From a bacterium (lineage in GTDB: Bacteria > Patescibacteriota > Minisyncoccia > Phycocordibacterales > UBA9973), in assembly GCA_037127795.1 (NCBI GenBank), contig JBAXXQ010000001.1:405198-469197 (forward strand): a stretch of 64,000 nucleotides of DNA, given 5' to 3'. The translations under genes and the position numbers were made by a program. Shown piece after piece: positions 1 to 9,734 of the stretch. Numbering within the stretch: the first letter of the stretch is position 1; each line of letters begins with the position of its first letter. The notes beneath the pieces were generated by a model. It ran no database searches. It had not been told where the DNA came from and saw only the letters and a list, made by a program, of their open reading frames with translations.

Positions 1-140
1 TGGAAGCTTCCGTATGCTTCTACATTGACCCCATCGAGCAATACTGGTGCTGCGCGCCCAGTGTGTAATTGACTATATTCTTTTGAAAGCCATTCTTCGC
101 ATTGCTTGGCATCTGTTTTAAATTTATCTAAATTATACAT
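1..140 (-). CDS. frr: Ribosome recycling factor, N-terminal part. Truncated by the window edge.
   Basis: Reverse-strand translation from the ATG at 138-140 reads MYNLDKFKTDAKQCEEWLSKEYSQLHTGRAAPVLLDGVNVEAYGS, which matches the RRF N-terminus pattern (..RtGRA.p.lLd.v.VeyYG). It runs off the window start. Confidence 0.6.
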   Translation of the reverse strand, partial: MYNLDKFKTDAKQCEEWLSKEYSQLHTGRAAPVLLDGVNVEAYGSF

Positions 141-228
141 ATGACTGGATTATAGCATGAAAAAAACACCGACCTATATAATAGACCGATGTTTGAAAAT
201 AAGTAATTACCATGCCAGTATTTTGAAT

Positions 229-840
229 TTATTTTTTTAAATGATAGAAAATATTTTGCAATTTAATTCGATCATATAAAAAATGGAATAAAAGTCCTCC
301 TATGGGAAACATGCAGATTGAACATACCTCAAGAAACTCTTTCCCAATTCTCCATTTTATAACAATCCCACAAAGTATTGTTATACCAATAATGTTAAAG
401 TAAATATATAATTCACTTATACCATCACTTCTAAAAGATCTTAAATTTTTAACAAAATAAACAGATAGGACTATTGAACAAATCCAACAGACGATTAGAA
501 AATAACTTATAGACTCTTTTCCTAAAATTACAGGCTCATATATTGTTTGCCAATATGGTACTGTACCTCCTGGTACGAGCCATACAACCATACGGTATCC
601 GCATTCATAATTTATAGGTAGAGGAAATACTTGTTTTGTTATGAAAGTATCTTTATCTGTCATAAAGTAACATTTCTTATTAAGACCAGAACGTATAACT
701 GAAAGTGCGTCTCTATCAGAAATTCCTTGAGGTTTTTCTTGTAGCAAAACAAACTCATCAATATTGCAATTTGTCTGCGCAATTACAGGTACTGTTTTTA
801 GACTTACAAACAATACAAAAAGTAATAGTAATTTTTTCAT
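229..840 (-). CDS. Hypothetical exported/membrane protein: signal peptide plus about three C-terminal TM helices.
   Basis: N-terminal MKKLLLLFVLFVSLKTVPVIAQ looks like a signal peptide. Hydrophobic segments follow later. No recognisable motif. Confidence 0.4.
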   Translation of the reverse strand: MKKLLLLFVLFVSLKTVPVIAQTNCNIDEFVLLQEKPQGISDRDALSVIRSGLNKKCYFMTDKDTFITKQVFPLPINYECGYRMVVWLVPGGTVPYWQTIYEPVILGKESISYFLIVCWICSIVLSVYFVKNLRSFRSDGISELYIYFNIIGITILCGIVIKWRIGKEFLEVCSICMFPIGGLLFHFLYDRIKLQNIFYHLKK

Positions 841-897
841 TGTACAATTTTTTATTTTTTAAAATATTACTTTAAAAATAGAAAATGTCAATGTTTT

Positions 898-1509
898 TTA
901 AAACACCACAGTAGCTATATATTCCAGCACTTGTTTTGAGGGTAAGTTCCCTTTTATAAGCAAATCTTTGGCTTCATATACGAGTTTTGTTTTTGTAGGA
1001 TTTTCTCTGACTGCATATTCGAGTCTATCGAGGAAAAAGAGTGCGCGTTCGCGACGAATAGCCGCTTCTTCTTTTTCATCTCCTAGAGCTGTCGCGAGCT
1101 CAGTCGCAATATTTTCCTTCGTGATTTTTTCTGTTTGTATAAAATCTTTTTGCAATGTCGTATCGACACGTACTCGCGAACGTATCGTCTGTGGGACCAG
1201 ATATGGATGTGGTGTTATAAAAATAATACGAGTCTCAATTGGTGGCTCTTCGAGAATTTTCAAAAGTACTTCTGCTGCTTCTGGAGAAAATGCAGAAAAA
1301 TACACAACACAATATCGCCTATCTCCGGTGTCTTCTATAATAAATGCACGCAATGCGAGCGCATCGTCCATAGTAAATCGTGATGCATTTTGTTCATAAG
1401 TCGCATATTTGTGCTGTGCAAGCTCTGCGAGATATTGTGTATACAAAAGAGTATTCCCCTGTATGAGAAATGTATGTTGTGGCTGATATGACTCTATTGC
1501 TTCAAACAT
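898..1509 (-). CDS. holB: DNA polymerase III delta-prime subunit (clamp-loader AAA+ like)
   Basis: Contains LLKILEEPP and the SRVRV (SRC-like) motif typical of HolB/delta-prime. Size (~200 aa) and position next to mreB fit. Confidence 0.7.
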   Translation of the reverse strand: MFEAIESYQPQHTFLIQGNTLLYTQYLAELAQHKYATYEQNASRFTMDDALALRAFIIEDTGDRRYCVVYFSAFSPEAAEVLLKILEEPPIETRIIFITPHPYLVPQTIRSRVRVDTTLQKDFIQTEKITKENIATELATALGDEKEEAAIRRERALFFLDRLEYAVRENPTKTKLVYEAKDLLIKGNLPSKQVLEYIATVVF

Positions 1510-1512
1510 ATT

Positions 1513-2532
1513 TTATCGCTTGGTCAAAATTGATCGCTGATAATCATCAAGATGTGCGAGAAGTATACCAGTACCTTTTGCGACAGCATACAAAGGCTCA
1601 TCCGCAACACGCACAGACACTCCTGTTTGTTGTTTGATAAGTTCAGAAAGATTTTGTAATTGAGAAGATCCACCAGTCATAACAATACCGTAGTCGATAA
1701 TATCACTTGCAAGCTCTGCTGGTGTATCACTAAGTACGTCTTTGATAGCTTTTACTATTTGTTGATATTGCGGTGCAAGTACTTCTGCAAGTTCATTGGT
1801 TGATATAGTAATAGTCTTGGGAAGTCCTGTGTGCATATCGCGCCCTTTTATGTCATCGCGGACATCGGGTACCACAATAAGTGCAGACGCAATGCGTTTT
1901 TTGATATCTTCTGCGGTACGATCACCAATTACAACACTGTATTTTTTGCGAATATAATCAATAATGGCTTGATCAATCTTGGTCCCCGCACATTTGACTG
2001 ATGTACTAGCGACAACACCACCGAGAGAAATAACTGCAACATCAGTAGTACCACCACCAATATCTACAAGCATGTGCCCCTTGGCCTCATTGATAGGTAC
2101 TCCTGCACCAAGCGCTGCAAGTATTGGTTCTTTTACAAGGACCACACTTCGCGCACCTGCAGAACGAGTCGCCTCTATCACTGCGCGACGTTCAGTAGAG
2201 GTAATACCAGCAGGCACAGAGACAATAGCATCTGGTTTGAAAAAGTAATTTTTACCCACTGCTTTATCGATCACTGATTTCAACACAGCACGAGCAGTAC
2301 GATAATCAGCAATAGCACCATCTTGCAATGGTCGATAAATACGCACACTTTCGGGAGTTTTGCCGATCATAGCTTTGGCATCATGCCCGATAGCTTCAAT
2401 CTTTTTATTCACTTGATCAATTGCCACAATTGTGGGCTCATCTACCACAATACCGCCTTCAAGAGTAAAAACCACTGTATTTGCAGTCCCGAGGTCGATA
2501 CCTATTTTTTTGTTTTGGAGGAATTTCCACAT
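1513..2532 (-). CDS. mreB: Rod-shape determining actin-like protein MreB
   Basis: KIGIDLGTANTVVF.., DIGGGTTDVAVISLGG and MTGGSSQL are actin-fold MreB motifs. The ORF track extends to 2595, but Met22 (MWKFLQNKKIGIDLGT) at 2532 gives the conserved N-terminus. Confidence 0.85.
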   Translation of the reverse strand: MWKFLQNKKIGIDLGTANTVVFTLEGGIVVDEPTIVAIDQVNKKIEAIGHDAKAMIGKTPESVRIYRPLQDGAIADYRTARAVLKSVIDKAVGKNYFFKPDAIVSVPAGITSTERRAVIEATRSAGARSVVLVKEPILAALGAGVPINEAKGHMLVDIGGGTTDVAVISLGGVVASTSVKCAGTKIDQAIIDYIRKKYSVVIGDRTAEDIKKRIASALIVVPDVRDDIKGRDMHTGLPKTITISTNELAEVLAPQYQQIVKAIKDVLSDTPAELASDIIDYGIVMTGGSSQLQNLSELIKQQTGVSVRVADEPLYAVAKGTGILLAHLDDYQRSILTKR

Positions 2533-2575
2533 AGTCGTATCAATAGTATAGTATATAGAGTATAAGCGCAAAAGT

Positions 2576-4447
2576 ATGTATATCATAGAAATCATTCCTA
2601 TACAGCGAGGTATACCATTCGATATGCTCTCGTATTATCACAAAGATCCTGTTCCTGTAGGGTCTATTGTAGAAGCACCATTCAAAAGTGGGACGCTTTT
2701 TGGTATCGTCTTGTCGACAAAATCCCTCATTGAGATGCGTTCTGAAGTACGCGGCTCACGATTTAATTTCAAAAAAATTACTCGTGTAGTAAATAGCTCA
2801 TCACTTTTTACTGATATTGCGAGTATGATCACTACTATCAGCAATACACTCTGTGTCCCCAATGGTGCAATTGCGCGACTTTGTTTACCAGAAATATTAC
2901 TGCAACATATTCACATAAAAGAATTATCGCAACAATTGCGATCGAGTGATGATACCTTTTTCCATATTGATGTGTGCATAGAAAAAAAAGATGAGCGCAT
3001 TGCACTACACAAAAGAACTATTCGTGAATGTCTTTCAAAAAAGAAAAGTGTTATTTTTGTAGTACCCACTATTCGTGAAGCAGAAGATTGGGCCATCACC
3101 CTTGCGACAGGTATAGAAGAGCGTATTGTTGTACTTCATAGCGAAAAGAAGAAAAAAGATATAGCGACTTTTTATAAAAAAATGGAAGACAGTACTTCTG
3201 CAAGTATTTTTATTGTGACACCACAATACTTTGCACTTCCTCGCAATGATATCGGCGCAATTATAGGCGAATCACAAAACAGTCCTTTTTATATTTCTCG
3301 AGATAGATTCAATGTTGATATGCGTCTATGTATAGAGCAATACGCATTGATAAAAAAAGTACATCTTATATGGGGTACTAGTTTGCCGACTTTTGACCTC
3401 CTCGCAACAACCAAAACAACTATACCTCGCCATCTGACCCCAGAAAATATAGAGATTGTAGAGATAGAAAAACAAACAGGGACACTTCCTAAAGAAATAA
3501 TTGAACTTATTGCGTATTCTGTACACAATAAAAAGAAATTATTTATTTATACCAACCAAAAAGGATTTGCGCCGATATCTATGTGTCGAGATTGTCACAG
3601 TATATTGGAATGCGATCACTGCAAGCTCCCCCTTAAACTAAGTTATAAAGATAAAAAAGATCGCGAATCTGGAAGACAATTTATCTGTACCAATTGTGAA
3701 AGAACATATCCTATAGAAACCAATTGTGGTCTTTGCCAAAGCTGGAACATTTCTCCATTTTCAATTGGAAGTGATGCACTCTATACAGAGATACTTGAAT
3801 ACGTAGATCCTGATCATGTGTATATAGTAGACAATACGCACAGTCCTGATGAAAAAACTATACAGTCCTATATTCAAAAATCTGAAAATCAAGAATATGG
3901 TATTTTTATAGGAACAAAAAAACTACTTCCCTATTTACCATCGTTTGATTATTGTGTTATCCCGTTTTTTGATCGGCTTATACAGATACCTTCATATACC
4001 ACCGTCGAAGACATGCTCGATATTGTACTGACCATGAGTGAAAAATCTACCGACAAAATGATTATCTGTACCCGCAACCCAGAGCTTTCTCTCATCGAAC
4101 AATTACAAAATAAAAAATTACAACAACTTATTGCAGACGAGCTTGATATCCGAGAAAAACTCGAATACCCACCATACGCAACACTTCACAAAATAACTAT
4201 CACTGTCCCCAAAATAAAAGAGCTTCTCATATTGCAAGCATTCACAGACTTTTTTGCAAATCTAGAAATAAAAGCATCAGTACAAATAAAGCCAGAAAAG
4301 ACAGATTTTGGGCAAAAAATCACTGCGCAGTGTATTTTGAAGACGACTGATGCACATATACAAGAGCATGCTGAAGAAATAAAAGACTTTCTTCTCGGAC
4401 TCCCCGGGGGGTATTCTATAGAACGAAATCCTCGTCGTCTGTTGTAA
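2576..4447 (+). CDS. priA: Primosomal protein N' (PriA)-like. The Cys-rich zinc-binding region is present, but Walker A and DEEH motifs are degenerate.
   Basis: The N-terminus matches the PriA 3'-DNA-binding pattern (VPVGSIVEAPFKSGTLFGIV). The C-terminus has CRDCHSILECDHC...CTNCERTY...CGLCQS, the PriA Cys cluster. No GKT/GKS P-loop anywhere. The DEEH position reads GESQ. Confidence 0.65.
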   Translation: MYIIEIIPIQRGIPFDMLSYYHKDPVPVGSIVEAPFKSGTLFGIVLSTKSLIEMRSEVRGSRFNFKKITRVVNSSSLFTDIASMITTISNTLCVPNGAIARLCLPEILLQHIHIKELSQQLRSSDDTFFHIDVCIEKKDERIALHKRTIRECLSKKKSVIFVVPTIREAEDWAITLATGIEERIVVLHSEKKKKDIATFYKKMEDSTSASIFIVTPQYFALPRNDIGAIIGESQNSPFYISRDRFNVDMRLCIEQYALIKKVHLIWGTSLPTFDLLATTKTTIPRHLTPENIEIVEIEKQTGTLPKEIIELIAYSVHNKKKLFIYTNQKGFAPISMCRDCHSILECDHCKLPLKLSYKDKKDRESGRQFICTNCERTYPIETNCGLCQSWNISPFSIGSDALYTEILEYVDPDHVYIVDNTHSPDEKTIQSYIQKSENQEYGIFIGTKKLLPYLPSFDYCVIPFFDRLIQIPSYTTVEDMLDIVLTMSEKSTDKMIICTRNPELSLIEQLQNKKLQQLIADELDIREKLEYPPYATLHKITITVPKIKELLILQAFTDFFANLEIKASVQIKPEKTDFGQKITAQCILKTTDAHIQEHAEEIKDFLLGLPGGYSIERNPRRLL

Positions 4448-4471
4448 AAAAAAGTAAGGTATGGTAGTATT

Positions 4472-4702
4472 TTGTCCATGCCAATGACTAATATAGAAAT
4501 CAAAAAGAACCCAACAGAGAACGCACAAAGTGTTCTCCGTCGTTTTACAAGAAAAATCCAAGAAAGTGGAATTATCCCAAAAATCAAGGGTAATCGCTAC
4601 AGTGTTCGTGATATGAGTAAGCTTTCTCAAAAGAAACTAGCTCTCAAAAAACTTACACGCCGTGCTGAAGTTGAAAAACTCAAAAAGCTCGGAAAAATGT
4701 AA
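4472..4702 (+). CDS. rpsU: 30S ribosomal protein S21
   Basis: IEIKKNPTENAQSVLRRFTRKIQESGII...RRAEVEKLKKLGK is a typical basic S21 sequence and length. Confidence 0.8.
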   Translation: MSMPMTNIEIKKNPTENAQSVLRRFTRKIQESGIIPKIKGNRYSVRDMSKLSQKKLALKKLTRRAEVEKLKKLGKM

Positions 4703-4714
4703 TTTTATACAAAT

Positions 4715-5137
4715 ATGATTTTTGAGTCTCCTACACTCACTATTTCCGCAAACGGCACCATCCCAGATGTGCCGTTTTTGGATATTAAAGAAGCAATACT
4801 CGGCAAAAAATACGATCTCTCTATTTCTTTTGTCGGTCCAAAAAATGCACAACGTCTCAATAAAGAATATCGCAACAAAGAATACATTCCCAACACACTC
4901 TCATTTCCACTCACTGAAACATCAGGAGAACTTTTTATTTGTCGTACTGTTGCACATCGCGAATGGCACAAATTTTGTAAAAGTTATGACGACTATATTA
5001 TCTTTTTGACTATTCACAGCATGTTGCATTTGAAAGGATTCGATCATGGTAGTACAATGGAGAGTAAGGAAACATTTTTTATGAATCGTTTCGCACATAC
5101 ACACAATCATGAAGCAACAAACATCCATCGGCATTGA
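4715..5137 (+). CDS. ybeY: Endoribonuclease YbeY (rRNA maturation factor)
   Basis: HSMLHLKGFDH is the H-x3-H-x5-H zinc motif of YbeY. Length ~140 aa. Sits between rpsU and ftsA. Confidence 0.8.
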   Translation: MIFESPTLTISANGTIPDVPFLDIKEAILGKKYDLSISFVGPKNAQRLNKEYRNKEYIPNTLSFPLTETSGELFICRTVAHREWHKFCKSYDDYIIFLTIHSMLHLKGFDHGSTMESKETFFMNRFAHTHNHEATNIHRH

Positions 5138-6251
5138 TATCGGAACAACACTCACTCGAGTTGTTGTTTGTGATGGAACCCAAGTTCTCGGTATCGGTAC
5201 AGCGGACACTCGCGGTATGCGCCAAGGATATATTGTCGACAAAGACATTGCTATAGAAAGTACTCGCAAAGCATTTACTAATGCCCAAATACAAAGCAAT
5301 ACCAAGATAAAAGAAGTAGTCCTCGCTATTGGCGGTATTGGGCTTTCTTCTGAATACGCATTGGGTAACTCAGTAGTTTCTCGTGCTGATGGCATCATCA
5401 GTAGTTTTGATATTGAAAAAGCGATTAGTGAAGCTGAGACACATTTGGATTTGAAAAATAAAACAATATTGCATGCATTCCCTATCAAGTTCAAAATTGA
5501 TGGCAACTATCTCGAAGGTCGCCCTGAAGGAATCACTGGTCTCAAGATTGAAGTAAAAGTTTTTTTTGTACTTTGTTTTACACAACACCTTCAAGATATG
5601 ATCGATGTTGTAGAAGCAACTGGTGTCAAAGTTACCAACTACATTGCAAGCCCACTTGCACCGAGCCATAGTCTTTTGACTGACCTCCAAAGAAATCTCG
5701 GCTGTGCACTTATAGATATCGGCGCAGAGACAGTATCGATCGCACTTTTTGAAAACAATCTCCCTGCCGCATTGCATGTATTTAATATCGGCGCACTTGC
5801 TATCACCAAAGACATCGCACTTGGTCTTCGTATTTCTCCTGAAGAAGCAGAAAGTATGAAGCTTGGTGTGTTGAGCTTTCAAGCAATACCAAAACGCAAA
5901 CTCGATGAGATTATCGATGCGCGTATTACAGACATTTTTGAAATTATAGAAAAATATTTAAAGAAACTTGGTCGCAGTGGACTCCTTCCAGCAGGTGCGG
6001 TAATCATTGGAGGTGGTAGCTATATGCAAACAGTAGACACTATTGCAAAAAACATGCTCAAACTCCCTATTCGTATTGGAAGTATTGACCTCGCAACAAA
6101 AAAGGGTCCAACTAAGGATCAACAAATCCTCATAGCATACGGCGCAGCACAGAGTACACTCCAAAACGCCGCTAATAAAAACAAGAAAAATAAAGACTCT
6201 GACGGTATATTGCAAGCAATCAAAGATTTTTTCAAACAATTGATGCCATAG
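5109..6251 (+). CDS. ftsA: Cell division protein FtsA (actin-like ATPase)
   Basis: N-terminal SIGIDIGTTLTRVVV, with DIGAETVSIALF and IIGGGSYM. Lies immediately upstream of ftsZ. Confidence 0.8.
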   Translation: MKQQTSIGIDIGTTLTRVVVCDGTQVLGIGTADTRGMRQGYIVDKDIAIESTRKAFTNAQIQSNTKIKEVVLAIGGIGLSSEYALGNSVVSRADGIISSFDIEKAISEAETHLDLKNKTILHAFPIKFKIDGNYLEGRPEGITGLKIEVKVFFVLCFTQHLQDMIDVVEATGVKVTNYIASPLAPSHSLLTDLQRNLGCALIDIGAETVSIALFENNLPAALHVFNIGALAITKDIALGLRISPEEAESMKLGVLSFQAIPKRKLDEIIDARITDIFEIIEKYLKKLGRSGLLPAGAVIIGGGSYMQTVDTIAKNMLKLPIRIGSIDLATKKGPTKDQQILIAYGAAQSTLQNAANKNKKNKDSDGILQAIKDFFKQLMP

Positions 6252-6336
6252 CTTTTGTTTTTGTCAAAAGCTTTTCCTATTCCCTTTTTTATGCTTTTGG
6301 GCTAATATACGCCTATAACAATAATACGAGATACCC

Positions 6337-7530
6337 ATGCCAAAACTAAGCCCAGAAATAGAAACAGCAGCACGAATCAAAGTTATAGGAGTCGGAGGAT
6401 CAGGCTGTAACGCAATCAATCACATGATAAACCACAAAGTTCGCAGTGTGGAATTTATCGCTATGAATACTGATGTGCAAGACTTGCACAAATCTCTCGC
6501 AGAAAAGAAAATCCATCTTGGTAAAAACCTCACCAAAGGGCTTGGTGCTGGAATGAATCCAGAAGTTGGTGCTCGTGCTGCAGAAGAAACAAAAGCAGAA
6601 ATTCAAGATGCTATCAAAGGTGCAGATATGGTATTCATCGCATGTGGTGAAGGTGGCGGTACTGGTACTGGTGGTGCTCCTATCGTAGCTCGCGCCGCAA
6701 AAGAACAAGGCATACTCACTGTAGCCGTAGTTACAAAACCATTTTTCTTTGAAGGTAACCAACGTATGAAGCTCGCAGAGCGTGGTATCGAAGAACTCGA
6801 AAATGAAGTAGATGCGATTATCGTTATCCCTAACGACCGTCTTCTTGCACTCGCAGGAAAAGACACTACATTCAAAGATGCATTTGCAAAATGTGATGAA
6901 GTACTTCGCCAAGCCGTAGAAGGTATTTCAGAACTCATTGCTTCTCCTGGTATTATCAACGTCGACTTTGCCGATATGAAAAGTGTTCTTACTGATGCAG
7001 GTACTGCACTTATGGGAGTTGGCTATGCTGCTGGTGATGGCCGTGCAGAAAAAGCTGCTATTCAAGCTATCAACTCTCCTCTCCTTGATATTTCTATCAA
7101 TGGGGCAAAAGGTGTACTCTTTGCCATCTCAAGTAACGACGACCTTACTATGGCTGAATTCCAAGATGCTGCAAAAGTTATTACAGAATCTATCGACAAA
7201 GACGCTCGCGTTATTATTGGTACTATCTTTGATGAACGCATGAAGAAAGGTGAACTCAAGATCACTGTTATTGCAACCGGCTTTCCAAATGAAGTAGGTA
7301 AAAAGACTACTCTCTTTACTGGATCAAATGCACAACAACTTTTCTCACGCCCAGAAGCAAGTACACAACCTGTACAACAAGCTCAACCAGTAGAAAAGCG
7401 TGAAGCTCCAAGTCCTATGATTCAAAAACCTGAACCAAAGATTGAAGAACCTCTCGAAGATATCGAAGAAGGCGAAGAAGATTGGGGCACTATTCCAGCA
7501 TTCCTCCGCAGAAACCAAACTAAGAAATAA
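6337..7530 (+). CDS. ftsZ: Cell division GTPase FtsZ
   Basis: GVGGSGCNAINHMI, the tubulin signature GGGTGTGGAPIVA, and NTDVQDL. C-terminal acidic tail present. Confidence 0.95.
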   Translation: MPKLSPEIETAARIKVIGVGGSGCNAINHMINHKVRSVEFIAMNTDVQDLHKSLAEKKIHLGKNLTKGLGAGMNPEVGARAAEETKAEIQDAIKGADMVFIACGEGGGTGTGGAPIVARAAKEQGILTVAVVTKPFFFEGNQRMKLAERGIEELENEVDAIIVIPNDRLLALAGKDTTFKDAFAKCDEVLRQAVEGISELIASPGIINVDFADMKSVLTDAGTALMGVGYAAGDGRAEKAAIQAINSPLLDISINGAKGVLFAISSNDDLTMAEFQDAAKVITESIDKDARVIIGTIFDERMKKGELKITVIATGFPNEVGKKTTLFTGSNAQQLFSRPEASTQPVQQAQPVEKREAPSPMIQKPEPKIEEPLEDIEEGEEDWGTIPAFLRRNQTKK

Positions 7531-7580
7531 AAATAAGAAAAACCGGAAATGATTATAAAAAATCATTTCCGGTTTTTTGA
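7530..7580. terminator. Bidirectional rho-independent terminator between convergent ftsZ and the 7600..8196 gene
   Basis: Perfect 12-bp stem ccggaaatgatt / aatcatttccgg (7543-7554 / 7561-7572), with an A-run upstream and a T-run downstream. Confidence 0.65.
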
Positions 7581-7599
7581 TTACAAAGAACTACTATTC

Positions 7600-8196
7600 T
7601 TAAGAATTATCATTAGAGCATATACCACAATTAATATCCCAACTAATAGGAGGTTCTTTAGTAAGAAAACTCAATTTAAATTCATGATTGTAGTAATACA
7701 CATGAAAATTAGATAACGAATCTCTTTGAGGACTCGCAAAGCATACAGTAACGCTTTCTGGTATTTCACCAGCAAGTAGTAATACTCGAATAATAGCTAA
7801 CCCTTCAGTATAGCTATATGCTTTTTTAACACCAAATTTTTCAGCTTCTAATAATAAATCCCTATGATTAACTCTTTTTTTGAAACGATATAAGACCGTT
7901 TCAAAAGAGGTACTAAATCCTAATTCTTCTTTAGGAAACAATTCCCAAAATCTTTTATCAAACGATATCTTTTTATTTACACCAACAAAAAAATTTTGAA
8001 GACTTTCTTCTGTAGGAGTAATATTTTCTACAGGATTGATAATAAATTTTTTACTTTTTATTAAAATATCAGAAATTAAATAAACGATGTGTGTAAGATT
8101 GTCGATAAAAATTTGTAACTTCGTTTTTTCTTCTTGAGAAAAAATTGCTTCGTTTTCAGTTTGCATTTTTTGTGCAGCAAGTAATAACTTTTCCAT
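7600..8196 (-). CDS. Hypothetical protein
   Basis: Long ORF convergent with ftsZ and sharing the terminator. No recognisable motifs. Confidence 0.4.
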   Translation of the reverse strand: MEKLLLAAQKMQTENEAIFSQEEKTKLQIFIDNLTHIVYLISDILIKSKKFIINPVENITPTEESLQNFFVGVNKKISFDKRFWELFPKEELGFSTSFETVLYRFKKRVNHRDLLLEAEKFGVKKAYSYTEGLAIIRVLLLAGEIPESVTVCFASPQRDSLSNFHVYYYNHEFKLSFLTKEPPISWDINCGICSNDNS

Positions 8197-8262
8197 ATTT
8201 TTTTATTAATTTATTTAAGCAAACATTATCATACTTATATCTTTTGTCAATGTATATATAGT

Positions 8263-9207
8263 GTGTGCTATACTATGTTCATGCAATACGATCTTATAAT
8301 CATTGGTGGTGGCCCTGCAGGCTGTGCTGCAGCGGTATATGCCGCACGAAAACAACTTCACACAGTACTTATTACTCCAGAATTTGGCGGACAAAGTATT
8401 GTCTCAGATGATATTCAAAACTGGATCGGTACACCTCATATTTCAGGTGCAGACCTTGCCCACTCACTCAAAGCACACGTAGAAGAATACAAAGGAACAT
8501 TTTTGGATATTATCGAAGGTCCAAAAGTAGTTAATCTCACCAAAGACAATTCCCTTTTTACTGCTATCCTTTCTGATGAGCAAACAATTTCTGCAAAAAG
8601 CGTTCTTATCACTGCTGGCTCAAGTCGCCGCAAGCTCACCTGTGCTGGCGCAGACAGGCTCGAACACAAAGGACTTACCTATTGCGCATCATGTGACGGA
8701 CTTTTGTTTTCTGATATGGATGTAGTAGTTATTGGTGGTGGTAATGCAGCATTTGAAAGTGTTGCCCAGCTTGCTGCGTATTGTAAAAGTGTGACCCTCA
8801 TTCACCGTAGTGAGACATTTCGTGCAGATGCAATAACAGTAGAAAAGATTCGCCAAAATCCAAAAGTAACTATCATCACCAACGCAATTCCAAAAGAAAT
8901 ACTTGGCGAGCAATTTGTTTCTGGTATCACTATCACTCACACAGATACACAACAAGACGAGACGCTCGATATCTCTGGTGTCTTTGTAGAAATTGGCCAA
9001 ATCGCAAATGGTGACTTCCTTGCAAAGCTCGTAGACGTAGATGAACACGGCAAAATAATAATCGACCCATGGACACAAAAGACTTCAGTCGAAGGTATCT
9101 GGGCTGCTGGCGATATTACCAATATCCGCTATCACCAAAACAATATTGCTGCAGGTGATGCCGTCAAAGCACTTGAAGATTTGTATCTTTGGGTGCAAAC
9201 AAAATAG
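8263..9207 (+). CDS. trxB: Thioredoxin-disulfide reductase
   Basis: FAD motif DLIIIGGGPAGCAAAVYA, redox-active CASCDG, and NADPH motif VVVIGGGNAA. The likely start is a few codons inside the ORF. Confidence 0.85.
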   Translation: MCYTMFMQYDLIIIGGGPAGCAAAVYAARKQLHTVLITPEFGGQSIVSDDIQNWIGTPHISGADLAHSLKAHVEEYKGTFLDIIEGPKVVNLTKDNSLFTAILSDEQTISAKSVLITAGSSRRKLTCAGADRLEHKGLTYCASCDGLLFSDMDVVVIGGGNAAFESVAQLAAYCKSVTLIHRSETFRADAITVEKIRQNPKVTIITNAIPKEILGEQFVSGITITHTDTQQDETLDISGVFVEIGQIANGDFLAKLVDVDEHGKIIIDPWTQKTSVEGIWAAGDITNIRYHQNNIAAGDAVKALEDLYLWVQTK

Positions 9208-9225
9208 CCCACAGAGGTGAGTACT

Positions 9226-9312
9226 GGAGACGTGGCTGAGTGATTGAAGGCATCGGTTTCGAAAACCGACATCGGGGCAACCTGATCGAGAGTTTGAATC
9301 TCTCCGTCTCCG
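9226..9312 (+). tRNA. tRNA-Ser(CGA), long variable arm
   Basis: Acceptor GGAGACG/CGTCTCC, D-arm GGCTGAGTGATTGAAGGC, anticodon stem-loop TCGGT-TTCGAAA-ACCGA (anticodon CGA), long variable arm, T-arm GAGAG-TTTGAAT-CTCTC, discriminator G. No encoded CCA. Confidence 0.8.
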
Positions 9313-9374
9313 CAAAAAAACTTGACTTTTTAAAATATGAGAGTACTATACTAATTGGAATTTAATGAGTTAGT

Positions 9375-9414
9375 AGGCCTCCTTCGTCATGGATTTGGGT
9401 GGGAGGCTTTTTTA
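9375..9414 (+). terminator. Possible terminator hairpin downstream of trxB/tRNA-Ser
   Basis: gcctcc...ggaggc stem followed by a T6 run. Confidence 0.35.
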
Positions 9415-9569
9415 TTTGACTTATTTTTTTGTGAGCCACAATAATTTGTTCGCCAGTCGCTCACAAATTTTCCAGCCCCGGACTCAGCTGTTTTTCTTGC
9501 TAGAAAAACATGCTTCCGTCTTCACAAAATACTCGCAGATGAAGCAGTTCATCTGCTTTCTGCATTTTG

Positions 9570-9641
9570 TGACCCTACCGGGAGTCGCACCCGGCTTCCA
9601 AGATTGAAAATCTTGTGTCCTAACTGATAGACGATAGGGCC
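9570..9641 (-). tRNA. tRNA-Glu(TTC)
   Basis: Reverse complement reads GGCCCTA-TC-GTC..GAC-CAAGA-TTTTCAA-TCTTG-..-CCGGG-TGCGACT-CCCGG-TAGGGTC-A. The anticodon loop gives TTC. The T-loop is atypical: TGCGACT instead of TTCRANY. Confidence 0.6.
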
Positions 9642-9689
9642 ATATAATATATCCACATAGGATATACAACCTGCCTATTATACAAAAAA

Positions 9690-9712
9690 CCAGAAAAAAA
9701 TCAAACGCCCTA
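9690..9712 (-). terminator. Rho-independent terminator of the 9735..9980 gene
   Basis: On the minus strand, aagcgccc-ttttata-gggcgtt is followed by a T-run. Confidence 0.5.
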
Positions 9713-9734
9713 TAAAAGGGCGCTTAAAATTGTT

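Noticed and set aside
968-1399. Antisense ORFs inside large genes throughout the window (968..1399+, 1979..2248+, 28925..29239+, 38167..38712+, 41475..41687+ and others).
   Set aside because: They overlap well-supported housekeeping CDS on the opposite strand, have low-complexity or biased composition, and carry no motifs. They are shadow ORFs.
2533-2595. N-terminal extension of mreB given by the ORF track (start 2595).
   Set aside because: The extension would overlap the divergent priA start, and the conserved MreB N-terminus begins at Met22 (2532). The shorter start was used.
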